From: Lama guanicoe
Lineage: Eukaryota
Length of the DNA: 64,000 nucleotides
Reading direction: 5' to 3'
NCBI GenBank assembly: GCA_013239625.1
Contig: MU054338.1
Span: forward strand, 2,606,977 to 2,670,976
Part shown: positions 51,371 through 64,000 of the stretch, piece by piece
Layout of the letters: each line of letters begins with the position of its first letter
How positions within the stretch are numbered: position 1 is the first letter of the stretch
Program-made: the position numbers and the translations under genes
Notes under the pieces: generated by a model
Seen by the model: only the letters and a program-made list of their open reading frames with translations
The model's database searches: none
Told to the model about the DNA's origin: nothing

Positions 51371-54300
51371 GATGGGCAATGGGAGAGTCAAAGGAGCAAT
51401 CATGCTGAGGTGGGGGGTGTCTGGCAGCCCTTGGCAGGGGTAAGGGAAAGGCTGCCCTGAGCCTGCCCCCTCCCCACCCGTAACTCCTGCTTCAGGGGTT
51501 ACGGGTGGGGATGGGGGAAATGGAAGAGGAATTCCAGAACAGGGAACAGCAGGTACAGAGACAGGATGCCAAGAGTGAGTGAAAGACTTGCACAGCTTCT
51601 CCCTGCTTTCCCCACCCCTCCCCTCCCCTCCTCCTCCTCCCTGACCCTGACCCCTGGGCAACCCTTACCCCTGGACCCTTGGCTCCCCCATGGGCATCAG
51701 GGGTGAGGTGGGTGATGTGGCTGCATTTACAAGCTTTCTGGGTCCCCGCTGCAAAATCCAGGGCTGTTATAGACGAAAGGAGATGGGTGGCCAGGCAGGG
51801 GGATGGCAGCTGACCTCAGTGCCTGACCTTGCAGGTGAGTATGGGGGTTGGGGGGTGGAATCTCAGCCACAAGGGAAGGTTATGTGGGGCGTGAAGAAGG
51901 CAGAGAGGCCTCTAGGAGGGAAGGTGACTTCTGAGCAGATCCCCACACGTGAGGGAGCAGGGGCAGGAGCTGGGCAGGTGCAGGTTGAAGGTGTGAAGAG
52001 GCTCACCGGTGAGCAGAGAGGAAGTGCGTCAGTACAGAGGGGGGTGGCTGGGGACAGGAGGGCTTGGCCTTCTGGGAGTAAGTAGGGACGTGGGGACGGA
52101 AGATAAGGGGCTAGCCTTCACCTCCATCTCCACCCAGGGCAGGCCACCTGGATGAGGGTGTTTGTGGACCGACAGATCTGAGCACTGGGTCCCAGGGGAC
52201 CGCCTGCACGGGGGTCTCCAGTCCAAGGCCTTGCTCTGCCCTGCAGGCCCAGCTCTCTGTGACTCTTTGCAGGAGGACCTGTAACCTGAGGCCAGCTTCC
52301 CTGTGGCCCTGTATTCCTCCCTGGGCACCCATGCCTTCCTAGCTGGTGTGACCCCAAAGGGTGGCCATGGTGGGACTGGCCTGCACCCCTGTGGTGCTCT
52401 TCCTGAGTGTCCTGCTCCTTTGCTAACTCATCTTCCCAAACCTGCTCGTCTGAGGTCACTGCCCAGTTTGTAGTTGGCCACCGTCCCCACCATAAAGTTC
52501 CAGTTCTTAGCCAGACATCCAAATGACCTGGCTTCCCACTTGGCTACCACCTAATCCTGCACCCAAGGCCAGTGGGGGCTGAAATGCCAATACGCTTCTT
52601 TTTTGGTTTTGGGGGTTTTTTTCTTGGGAAGGGAGGTAATTAGGTTTATTTGTTTATTTATTTATTTCACTGTTTTTGTTTTTTAAATGGAGGTACTGGG
52701 GATTGAACTTGCTCTACAACTGAGCTACACCCTCCCCCTCTGAACAGGCTTCTGCTCGCCTGGTGGCAGTCAGTGCCCCAGTGCCCCTGCCCCAACCCAG
52801 CTCCACACTGGCCCCCAGAAATTGAAGGGTTAACACGAGGCATAGTGGGACAGATCTGACCCTCTTCGGAGCCAAGTTCCCTTCTAATGCCAGTTAGGAG
52901 TGCTCTGCTAGACGGTTCTTAAAAGATTTTGTACGCCGTCCCGCTGCCACGCCCTTGCTCACATGGGGTCCCCTGCCTGGGGTGCGCTCTCTGCGTGGAG
53001 GCCCAGTCTGCCAGGCGCTGCCTCTAGTTCTATGAGCTCTCTCCAGGGCACTGGGTGCTGCAGAACAGCCCCAGCTCTTTGCGGCCCACAGAGACAGTGA
53101 CCAAGGGGAAACAGGGCTGCAGAGCTGTGAGCCAAGGTGGTGGGAAGGCCAGTCTCTGCACCAATCCCCAGTCACCAGGGCTCAGAGAGGGAAGATGGGG
53201 TTACTGAGATCAGCTCTGCCCACTTCCTGGGGTGCAGCCAGGGGGGAAGGGAGAAGGGATTTGGACTGCTCAGGAGAGGATCTACTCCTTCCTGGGGGTC
53301 AGCAGAGGCCATCGCATTTAGTCCACGATGACCCCCTGTCGGGGGGCGTGGCCTTCCCCAGGGGTGAGTGTCAGGCTGGGGGCGGCGGCGGGGAGAAGGC
53401 GGCCTGGGTCCCTCCCTCACCTGAGGCCTCTCTGATTCTCCAGGTGCTTCTCTGCGGGCCTCCTTCTCTCCCCGGGGAAGCCTGGGCAGAAACCTGAGCC
53501 TCCACCTCAGTTCAGGCTGCCATGGGGCCCTGGCCTCTCCCTCCACCCTCCTTCCTCCTCCAGAGCCACCCTGTCGTTGCCACAGGGACTGCAGAACAGG
53601 CAGGTCCTCCACCCACCTGGCCTGCGGTTGGAGGTGTGGCCTTCAGCCACCTGCAGCCTGGGCCCTCCACACCTGGTCAGCTCAGAGCCTGAGCCCTAGA
53701 GAGGAGGGTTGAGGTCTGGAGGGGCCCCTGCTGGTTTCGTTTTGAGGCAGTCCCTTCCCCTTCCTCACTCCCACTCCACCCGACCCCCGCTTTCTGGGAA
53801 ACCCTGTCGCAGCTTCCTCTGAACTGAACTCTGTTAACCCGGAGTCCACTGAGTTCCGCCTCCCAGACCTGAGGCTTCCTGCCTGGCACACACCTCCACC
53901 CCTGGGCTGGCTGAGCACACTTCTCCTGATTCCTCACCTTCCAGAAGGTTCTGGGCTGCTCCTGCCTACATCCCCGCCACCCCACGCCACACTGTGTCCC
54001 AGGCTCTGGATACAGGAAACCTGGTCGCTTCAAGCAGGGCAGCCCCGGACACAGATGACCGAGGGTCTGACTTCTGCTACTGGCGACCGTGGCCTCCTAC
54101 ACCATTGGATGCGGGGAGGGGTGTGGGCCAAACCAGCTTCCCCCATCACTGCTGATGTGGGGGGGGGCTAGGTGAGGGGTTGAGCAGCATCCCTGGCCCC
54201 ACCCAGTCAATGCCAGGAGCCCAGTCATGACAACCCCAGATGTCCCCAGACCCTGCCCAGTGTTCCCTGGGTTGAGGGGACAAGACGGTCCCCATTGAGG

Positions 54301-57300
54301 CCAAGTGGGTATGGCCAGCTGGGAAAGGACAGCACGGAAAGGCTTAGAGCTGTGCTGCCTGACATGCGGCCACTGGCCACATGTGGCCTCGAACACTCAA
54401 GATGTGGACCGCAGGAACTGAGATGCTCCCTGAAGGCAAAACATACCGTCTTGCCAAGACTTCGTACCAAAGAACAAAACAAAGCAAAAAACAAACAAAA
54501 AATCAAAATCAGAAGACCAGACTAATTTTCCGTATTGATTACAAAGTGAAACGGTAATATTTTGGCAATGTTGGGTCTAATAGAACATACCATCAAACTA
54601 CCTTCACCTATTTCTTTTTCTTGTTTTGAATGCGGCCTCGAGGAAATTTACATCGTGCCTGCAGCTGAGTGATGCGCGTGCGTGGTGGGGGCACGGGGCA
54701 GCGAGACCCGCCTGACTCTGCCTGCTGGTTCCGCACATTTTTCTTTCCATTTCCCCCTGCCCCATCCCTGGAACGTGTGTTACACTCAGAGAAGGGACTG
54801 ATCTGATCCTGGGTTGCCCGTGACCCTGAGCAAATTAAACAGACTATTTAGCTGGCTCTTACCCGCCAGCTGACGCACTGCTAGCCGGGGCCGGGGGTGC
54901 AGGCTGGAGGCACTCTGATGGAGCTGGGCCATCTTTTCAGGATCATCATTTATTCCTCAGTCACCTGTGAGCTGCTCAGGGCTCAGGGAGAGGAACCAGG
55001 TGGGGACAGCCTGCTCTCTGGGGACTCAGGGGACAGCACACGTGGTTTTGAAAAGTGCTGTTGAAAATGATGCAAACATGGAGCTGAAGAGAAACTTGCA
55101 CCTACAAGACACTTGATATCTTCTTCCAAACCAGGTGCCAAAACAAAACGACAACAAAAGCAAAAAACCCAGGAGCAAAGAAAACCCAAAACCCAAAGGT
55201 AAGAACACCCATTGGGCAAGATTCCGAAGCTCTCGGATTCATTTTCTGATTGACTTGTCTTTGGACCCAGAGGTCAGAGGAGCACGGGGGGTCTCAGGGC
55301 CCCCAACACAGCAGCTGCACCATCTCACACACTTGGCCATCTTGGGGTTTAAGGAACAGCCACGAGGAACCTTGACACAGAACAGGGTCTCTCACAAGAA
55401 GCTTGGGAGGGCCTGGAAGCCCCCAGCGGCCTGGCTGCTGGACCCCACATTCTGCCTGGATCCCTGCATGTCAGGAGACTCCCAAACAAACAAATGTTAC
55501 ACATTTTAAGAACCTGCCCCCTCGGAACAGAGGACCTATAGGCTTGCCTGCCTGTGGCCACCCTTGGCCAGACCATGCACCAGGGGAGAAGGGGTGTGGG
55601 AGCAGAGGGTGCCAAGTCTAGGGACGTCCACAGGGAGCAGTGGGCAGGGGAGAGAGGAGGACCCCTGGCTGTCAATGTCAGATCTTGGTCTCCAAGACTC
55701 TGGAGCGTTCCCAGCTGACTCGGAGAGGGAAGGGAAAGAGCCACGTGTTGACGTCTGGCTCTTTTTTGAGGGGCAGTGGGGTCCTGGCGAAGGAACCCAA
55801 CAGTAGAGGATGCAGACCTGGCCGAGTGGAGCGGGTGGGCTGGGGGTGCCTGGACCCGTCTCTGAGGCCACACTGTGGGAGGTGCCTGCTTTTGAACCAT
55901 CCCCCCACCTCCCTCACCAACCCTGGAGGCCTTACCCACTGGCCCCAAACTCCACACTGCTAGGACCCTGTCAGTGCGGCCTTCCTCCTTGCAAATGGGA
56001 GCCAGCTGTTGGCAGGAGCTGGTCAAGCCCAGGGCCTGATGGGTACAGGACTGGCCCTAAGGCGCACCTGTCTGACCGCCAGCGCCAGCACCATGGGCCA
56101 AGACGCTGAGCCGCAGTTCACCCGTTAGGCCTTCCTCCACTGAAGCTCCTGAGGGACCTGGGGGGCCCACAGAGTGACACCTCCATTGCTTTGAGTTATC
56201 TTTTTTATTCTTTTCTAAATCAGGTGAGACTTCGGCGGGGGTAACTCAAAAGGCAGAAGCCTGGAGAGCCGGTCTAAGGAGCCGCCAGCTTGTCTCCTCT
56301 TTGGTGACCACAGAAAAAAAAAACAGATTGGAAGGGTCTCCCTAAGAAGCAAAGGATCCAACCCCAGGGCCGGTGTGGCGCCAGGCCCGTCACTCTCGGA
56401 GAACCCTTCCCCTGCAATTTATCACAGTTAAGTATCAGCTTCTTTCACGCCTTCAGGAAGTATTGGGGAGAGGGGAGGCTCACAGCTCATCTTCAGAGAG
56501 CCCTGCCCTCCACCACTTCCTACTGCCCTTGGCCTGGAGGCGGCCTTCTCCATCAGAGGTGGGACAGCCCTAAAGGTGGGAAGGTTGGGCTCTGGGTCTT
56601 GGGCAACCTGCAGACCACAGCAGGGGGCCTGGCTGGACACCCCGAAAGACACCGGGAGCTAGGACCTCACCCCCGCCGTCTCGTTTCCAACTAGCTGCAG
56701 CTGAACAGTTCAAAGCCCAAGAGTGACGTGCCCCGGGTGGTCACTTCTGATTTGCTGGGCGCTGGAGGTGACAGCAAGCCACCCGCCCACATCTGTCGGC
56801 CTGCAGGCGTGGGGGAGCAGGTCTTATCTACAGGATCTGCTGGGGTTTCCAACCGCACCGACAGCTTGGAAACCCAGCACTTCCTTTCTGCTGAGTGAGT
56901 GTCGGCTCCTGCTGCCGCGAGCTGTCAGAAGTCTCTGTTCCACGAAGCATGGGTGAGGATGAGAGAGCCCCTCTGGGGGGCAGGCCATGCTCTGCTGAGG
57001 ATGGGCTGCGGGACCAGAGGCAGGAGTGGCCAGAGGTGGGTGGAGGGAAGGGGACCCCGTGACAGCCATCAGGCTGACTGCTCTCTGGGAGGTGGTGCCT
57101 GGAGGACCACCTCACAGGGGCAGGTGTCAGGCCAGGGGGACACTTGAAACCTCGGGCAGCAACCCCCCTTCTGGTGAAAGGTGCCAACGCTGGGGTCCCT
57201 CCGAGGCTTCACCCCTTGGAAAGGAGCAAAGCCAGCTCCCAGTGGCTCCCCATCTCTCGGGGGTCAGGGCCACCCTTGCAGGAGGGCCTGCCCTAGGCTG

Positions 57301-57515
57301 GCCAGGGCTGACGCCCAAAGGACGAGGAACAAGAAGCACAAGGGGCACGTTTGCTTTTTCTTTCCTGGTTTTGTTTTGGTTTTTTCTTTAAACCTAAGGA
57401 AGCAGGTTCCGAGAAGACGGCACGACGGTGGCGCCCTTCCCAACGCGCGTGGGTCTCCACGGAGGGCGCGGCGGGAGGGGGCGGGAGAGGAGGAGCCGGT
57501 CCTGCGGCGGGACCG

Positions 57516-57629
57516 TCACACGGCAGCACTGCGCGTGGGCGTGCTGGGCTGGTTCAGCCGCAATGTTTTACACAACCAGCCGGCGAAATCCACTTCTTCT
57601 ACCTCCGACCGTTTGATGAAGGCATGGTT
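57516..57629 (-). CDS. MAP2K2: MAP2K2 (MEK2) last coding exon
   Basis: tttcag|AACCAT. Encodes [37 protein letters not shown]. Confidence 0.97.
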   Translation of the reverse strand, partial: NHAFIKRSEVEEVDFAGWLCKTLRLNQPSTPTRSAAV

Positions 57630-57859
57630 CTGAAAGGGAAGGAATGGCGTGAGCAGCCTGGCCCTGGCCGGACGTCCAGGCCCCCGGCCCAGGGCACGTG
57701 CAGGACCGGGGAGGGGAACCAAACCCAGAGCGGGGAGGCCCCAGGCCCCCCAGCCTGGGACAGGGTCTCAGGTGAGGGGGAAGCTGCTCTGTGCCCCCTG
57801 GAGCTCAGGGCCTCCCCTGTCCCTGACAGCCCGCACTTCTGACACCAGGGCCGGTCTCT

Positions 57860-58000
57860 GCAGGGCCGTCCCGGGCACTGTGGGGTGTGAAGCAGCCTCC
57901 CTGGCCCCACCCAGACAATGCCAGGAGCAACCCCAGTTGTGACAACCGCAGATGTCCCCAGACATGGCCCAGTGTCTCCTGGGAGCAGTCACCTGGGTGA
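57860..58000. mobile_element. MER20-like hAT remnant; similar copies at ~5020-5180, ~48040-48230 and ~54100-54290
   Basis: cagcctccctggcccc..ccccagttgtgacaacc..atgtccccagacatggcc..tgtctcctggg, shared among the copies. Confidence 0.6.
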
Positions 58001-59489
58001 CAGCATCTGATCTGAACGGAACTCTGTGAGGACAGTAAGCTCCCTGTATGTCCCGTCCAGGGCGGGCAGCCACCGGGGCCATGAGGCTCCTGAGCCCTTC
58101 AAATAGGGCTCATGTGGCTGGAGAGCAGAACCTCGTGCTCTCCATCAGCATAGGTAACTTAAATAGCCACCCTGGTAGCGGTTCCCGAACAGGATGGCTC
58201 AGTGCCAGAGGCTCCTGGTTTGCAAGGCCAGGACCATCGCCTCTTATGCCAGCTGGGAGCGGGCGAGACCACCCTCAGTCTTCCCAAGGTGGGCGCGGGC
58301 CTGGTGAAAAGCCAAGCCAAGGGAAGAGGATTCCTGTGGTCCGGGCGGCGAGCTCAGCCTCACACGCACGCAGCGTTACTCGGGAAGGGGCCTGGAAGCC
58401 CTCTGCGCCCCGCGAGCTGCGCAGAGCCGGGGGCGGGGGGTGGCACCATGGGGGGTTCCGACTCCTCTGTTTCGGGGATTTGCATATTCTGCAACAAAGA
58501 CATTTCTTATATCGTGTGTTCCTTGAAGTCACCAGACTCAATAAGGAGATTCTAGAAGCAGGTGGCTGCAGACCCAGTCCCACAAGGCGCTCCAGGCCAG
58601 GCTGGCTCTTTGGACCACAGCAGACTGACTGCCACCGGGACACACAGCCTGTAGCCACAGCTAACTGAGAGCGGGCTTAGACAGGGTGCCTTCCTGGAGG
58701 AGGCAAGGAAGCGGAGGCCCAGAGGCAGCGAGAGAGAGCAGCAGGACACACCCCGAGGGGGAAGGAGCACCCTGTGCCGATGCCTGCGGTGGGGGGGGGC
58801 TCGGGGAGGACCTGTGGGGGGACGTGCGGGAAGGCAAGGAGCCTGGCCCTGCAGGGCAGCAGGCAGAGGTCCGGGGCCCACCGCAGGGCGTGGCTCGGTT
58901 ATTTAAGGTACCACATCGCAACTACCCTAAGAGGCTCCCTCTCTCCCGCGTGGACAGCTGAGACTGAGAATCCATGTCTTACACTTGTAACTGGCAGTGT
59001 TTTCTCTCTCCGGGACACGAGAAATAAATAAGGGGCTGCCTGGCATCGGGGGCGACTCAGGTGGGCAGACCTGGTGGCACAGGAAGAAGGCCTGGCGTCC
59101 ACTGCTGCCGTGGGCGCAAGGCACTGCGACAGGCAGCCCTGCTGGGGGAAGGCGGCTTTCGTTGACCACCTTTGTTTTCAAGGATATTGAATAGTGTGGG
59201 TTTAGAGGAAGGCAGACACCCCCATGGTGTCAACGACGCCTTGGAGCCCAGTCATTCAGTCATGCGTCCCAGGCCATGTGGGCCCCTCTATTCCCCCGCA
59301 GCCACTCCCCATGTCTCCCTCCGACGAACCCAGGAGACCCACGGGGGCCCTCCAGTTGGCCAAGCTCCCCATGCTCCCTGCAATACGCTTGCTTGGGGCA
59401 AGGACAGCCTGCCAGGGGCCCATCTCCCCACAAGGAGGAAGAGGCCCTGGGCACAGCCTGTGACCCCAAAACCTGCGTGCCTCACTTAC

Positions 59490-59535
59490 CATGAGCATCT
59501 TCAGATCCGCTCGCTCTGCTGGGTTCTTAATTAGG
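59490..59535 (-). CDS. MAP2K2: MAP2K2 coding exon ~10 (46 bp)
   Basis: ctgcag|CCTAATT...CTCATG|gtaagt. Encodes LIKNPAERADLKMLM. Confidence 0.96.
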
Positions 59536-60474
59536 CTGCAGGTTCCAGGAGGCGGGAGAAGACAGAGGGTGGGGAGACAAGACAGGCGGGCAGTCAGTGG
59601 CCGTCGGGGAGCCCTGGGACCAGGCAGCCCCTGCCCTAGCCAGTCACCACCCTTTGCTGCCTGGCTCCTGTGGTGGGGGGCCCCACCATGCTCTTGGGTG
59701 TAAGAACAGGAGGCCCCGGGAGGGAAGAGCAGAAGTCTCAACCCAGGACAAGAGGGAAAGAGGGTGGGAAACCCCTCGAGGCTTCTGGGTTGGAGGCCCA
59801 GCAGCAACCAAGGCTGCATTTCTAATAAAAACCCCAAGTTTGGGAGTCCAAATGTCAAAATGGAACTTTTTCCTTCAGAAAAGCAGAACTGTCTAAAGGC
59901 AGCTGCTCTAAGTAGCTCGGGGTGGTGTGGCAGCTCTTCAAACACAGGCCTCACAGGCATAGGGACGTTTACGGGGCGGGGGGGTGGCCGCACCCCAGGG
60001 AGCTAGGCCGTCCAGCGGCTGTGCCCGGGGCTGGCCGTGCTGGCGTCCTGACACGCGGGGCAGCGGGGCGGCCCTCCCTCCAGGCCGCAGCCCACCTGCG
60101 AGGTACTCCTCGGCCTCCAGAGGGTGGAGGGGCTGGGACAGCCCAGAAGCCAGCTGGGAAGGCGTGCTTGGGGGCTGCAGGGCCCTGGGCTTGCGGGATT
60201 AGGAAACTGAGGCACCTGACGGCAGGAGCTGAGGTGGGAATAGTATCACTTCCAAAGAGCCTGGACTCCTGGTTCACTCCAGGCAGGGACACTAGGGGAT
60301 GGCAGCTGGACACCATGACTCAGCAGCCTCGGGAAGGGAACCTGGGCTCTCAGGTGAGCTCTGCGTCCCGCCAGACACTGCCACCGGCCTGGCATCCCTG
60401 ACAGCCCGGGACCAGGAAGCAGGCAGTCTGGCCCCCTCCCTACCCACCCCAGGCTGGGGGCTGTGGTAGCTCAC

Positions 60475-60536
60475 CATTTATTTACAAACTCCTGGAAGTC
60501 CTGGGTGAAAACGCCGCTGGGCAGCTTGGGAGGAGG
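60475..60536 (-). CDS. MAP2K2: MAP2K2 coding exon ~9 (62 bp)
   Basis: cacag|CCTCCT...AAATG|gtgagc. Encodes [20 protein letters not shown](C). Confidence 0.96.
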
Positions 60537-61808
60537 CTGTGGGACAGAACAGACAGGTGGGTGTCAGATGCTCAAGGATGATTCTGGAATCAGGGGAAGA
60601 GACGCTTCCCAGCCCTGCGGGAGTGGGGACAGCTTGGCACTTTCCAGGCGCCCTCGGATGCACTTCTCCTGGCCCTGAGCCTTTACTGTCCTGGGGGCAG
60701 CCCACTGCAGGCGGACAGAGAGCACCCACCCCCAGGCTCCTCCAGCGGCTTCCCAGGCAGCCAGCTGGGTTGGGCTCTTCCCAGATTTTCTCTCAAGAGC
60801 TCTTGTTTGGGGATCACAGCTGGTTCTAGAAGGAAGAAGGACAGGGCTCATCCTCATTTTACGGACGAGAGTGGTTACTCTTGACCACAGGTCATTCTGT
60901 CTCGGCCACCCCGCTCTGGGGGTGTCTTGGAATGAGCTGAGGGTCTAGACCTCAGGGAGGCAAGTGAGCTCCAGGGGCTTGGGCCCCAAAACAGGGGGAG
61001 TCTGAGGGGTCTGTCCTGGCACAAGTCTGGGTGTGCAGACAGCGGTGTGCAGGGTCAGGCCCCGTCTGGAGGGGGTACTCGCTGGGCCTGGGTGTCACTG
61101 CTGTGTCACCAGAGCCACCTGCCCTGTTCCACCACCACTGACTGGGCCCTAAGCTGCTCACCTCAAGACCCAACCCTGGGCCAAGCCCGGCCACCCCAAC
61201 TGCAAAGGGCCACTGGAAACACACTTCAGTCAGAGAAGGCCCAGGGAGGGTGACCCGGAGGGCCGTGGGGTCAGGCCTCACTCAGCCCCTTCCCAGCTGC
61301 AGGCCTTATGCCTGGATTCACCCATCTGCACAATGAGAGTATTCGTGCTGCCCTCTCCCAGGGTGGGGAGGGGCTGGGTGCGCGCTCGGGCCTCCTTCCC
61401 AGAGATGGGGGGACTGGGGGGTGGGGAAAGGGACGCTGAACTTTCCCCGAGGAAGGGGGAATGATTTAGGACTTCACGCACAGATGTCAAGATGCTCAGA
61501 GAAGGAGCTGCTGGTGACAAGAGCTGCAGGGAGGGGCCGGGCTCCTGGGCTCAGGGTGGGAACTCTGGGTTCACCTCTATGAAAACAAACAAAAAGGAGT
61601 CCTTTGGGGAGGGTGGGCTTGTGCAGGGTGGGGGGAGTGAGGCCATCACCTTTATGCCTCATAACCTCCTGACAACCACAGCTGGTCTCCATCTCTCCCC
61701 ACAGCCCCTCCCCAAAAGAACCCGGTCTACGTGTCCAGCTCCCTTTTTTCCAACAGGAACGGCTTAATCCCGCTGGCCCGAAGGCCCGCCAGGGCCCCAG
61801 GCACACAC

Positions 61809-61873
61809 CTCATTCACGATGTAGTCCAGCAGCTCGAAGATAGCCATGGCCGGCCGGCTGTCCACCCCATGAC
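61809..61873 (-). CDS. MAP2K2: MAP2K2 coding exon ~8 (65 bp)
   Basis: ggcag|GTCATG...AATGAG|gtgtgt. Encodes (G)HGVDSRPAMAIFELLDYIVNE. Confidence 0.96.
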
Positions 61874-62619
61874 CTGCCCAGGGCAGAGACAAAGACGGGT
61901 GAGATGGGCAGGTGGCCGCTGCACTTCTGTCGGGCATCAAGGTCCGAGTGCGCTGAACACAGCCGAGCGCCTCCTCCCCACCCGGCTGGAACCAGAGGCG
62001 TGGTGCCCCAGCCTGGCTGCCTGGCGACTGAGCTTGCCTTCCTGGGAAAGTCACTTCTCTCCTGAGCCTCCGGTGAATTACAAAACAAAACAGCAAAATG
62101 AACAGGAATGTTTTTTGAGAAGTCACAGGTCTGGCACAGTGCCAAGTCTGTGCTGTACCAAAGTCAAACCCCTGCCCCCTGGTGCCGGTGGGGCGTGGGG
62201 GGCCGGGCAGGCAAAGGCGGCAGTGTGACCTTGTGTGGACCTGCGGGTGGAGACGGCCGTGGGCCTGAGGGCCGCTCACGACGGTGGCCGGCTGCATGGC
62301 TGACCCCTGTCCTAGACCCAGCTGGCCAGGCCCGCGTTTGGCAGCTGGACTTTCGCCTTCTGTCCCCAGTCCTGAAATGGGCACTCGGGCTGGGGCCGGG
62401 GCTGGGGGAGGTGCTGGCAGGCCGAGTGGCTTGGCACAGCCCACCACTCCTCCCTGCCTGGAAGGCCCAGACACCATCTGGGAGTCGGGCTGGGAGGGCG
62501 GGGCCGGGGCCTGAGGACACAGATGCAGGGATGGGGGTTCTCCCCTCGGAGGAAATCCAGACACCTCAGCCGTCTGGGTGTGGCACCAGGAAAGGGGAAG
62601 GTCTGGGCTTGAAAATACT

Positions 62620-63032
62620 GTGACAACCACCATCTAAAGACCCAAGTGTCCATCAACAGTGAATAGGTACACAAAAACCACCCACACAGTGGAATACTAC
62701 GCAACCATAAAAAGGAACAAGGCACCAACACTTGGCACAGCGTGGACAGACCCTGAGAACACAAGGCTCAGTGAGAGAACCAGACAAAAGAGGCCACACT
62801 GTGTGACGCCACTGACGTGAAACGTCCAGAACAGGCCAGTCCACAGAGACACAGAAGGGGCTCCTGGCTGTCAGGGGCTGGGGGGGACAGGGTTTCCTTT
62901 TGGGGTGATGGAATGTTCTGGAATCATATAAAGGTGGTGGTCAGACAACCTTATGAAGATATAAAAATCTGCTGAATTGCATGCCTGAAAAGAGTGGGTC
63001 ACGAGGTAGGTGAATTCTACCTCAATAAAGCT
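62620..63032 (+). mobile_element. L1MB-like 3' end in a MAP2K2 intron
   Basis: cccaagtgtccatcaacagtgaata..gtggaatactac..ataaaaaggaac..acctcaataaagct. Confidence 0.8.
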
Positions 63033-63602
63033 GAGAAATCAACTGATCAACTGCAGCCCAAGGCCTGGTCCTCTGGACCCTCACTTAATTCAACTCTCTT
63101 CCTGCCACTTGACTTAAAGAAAAAAAATCAGAGCCCTAAGCGCTGCTTCCTAGTTAGACCACCTGAGCCGGGACCCCGAGCCGGGACCCTTCCCCTCGCC
63201 AGCCCCCAGCGTGGTGGAAGTACCAGCCTGAACTTCACAGCACAGGTGGTGGCTCTAGGTACCAAGGGTCCTCTGGGGGCCCTGCCGGCCCTCCGTCCCC
63301 ACCCACCCCCGCTGTGTGTCGGGGCTTCATCCAACAAGCCACCCAAGGAGGTCCTGGCCCAACACAGCAGACGCAGCACCGCAGAGCCCAGGTGGTGGGC
63401 ACAATGGTGCTTGCTGGGCAACCCTTTCGGCTTTTCTGCACCCTTGAACGCTTTCGTGATAAAATGCTGGAAAAACCGCCCACCCCACGCGCGACTTGGC
63501 TGAGGAGAGTTTCTGGACCCCGCCAGCTGGCAGCAACAGGTGCAGCTGCCCCGGACGGGACAGTTTGAGGCACTGCTTGCAGAGCTGTCCCCAGAAGCCT
63601 CA

Positions 63603-63998
<396 letters not shown>

Positions 63999-64000
63999 GG

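Overview
GC-rich mammalian genomic DNA syntenic with the human 19p13.3 PIAS4-ZBTB7A-MAP2K2 block. It is probably from a camelid, inferred from several tRNA-Ala-like SINEs resembling the camelid Vic-1 family. It holds nine PIAS4 exons (+ strand, exons 3-11 by human numbering; the C-terminal coding end lies in an N gap), the complete ZBTB7A/LRF gene (- strand, two coding exons, 570 aa, ~4.5 kb 3'UTR, CpG-island promoter) and the last five MAP2K2/MEK2 exons (- strand). The rest is intronic or intergenic DNA rich in L1, SINE, MaLR and hAT repeats, with four assembly gaps. I found no evidence for a new protein-coding system. The most interesting unexplained signals are non-coding: a duplicated perfect NF-E2/NRF2 site in ZBTB7A intron 2, a tandem ISRE next to a nuclear-receptor repeat array, a 313-bp polyadenylated retrocopy with target-site duplication, a near-perfect palindrome, and old L1 fragments strongly shifted towards GC. 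Repeat family names and human comparisons come from memory, not database searches; repeat boundaries are approximate.
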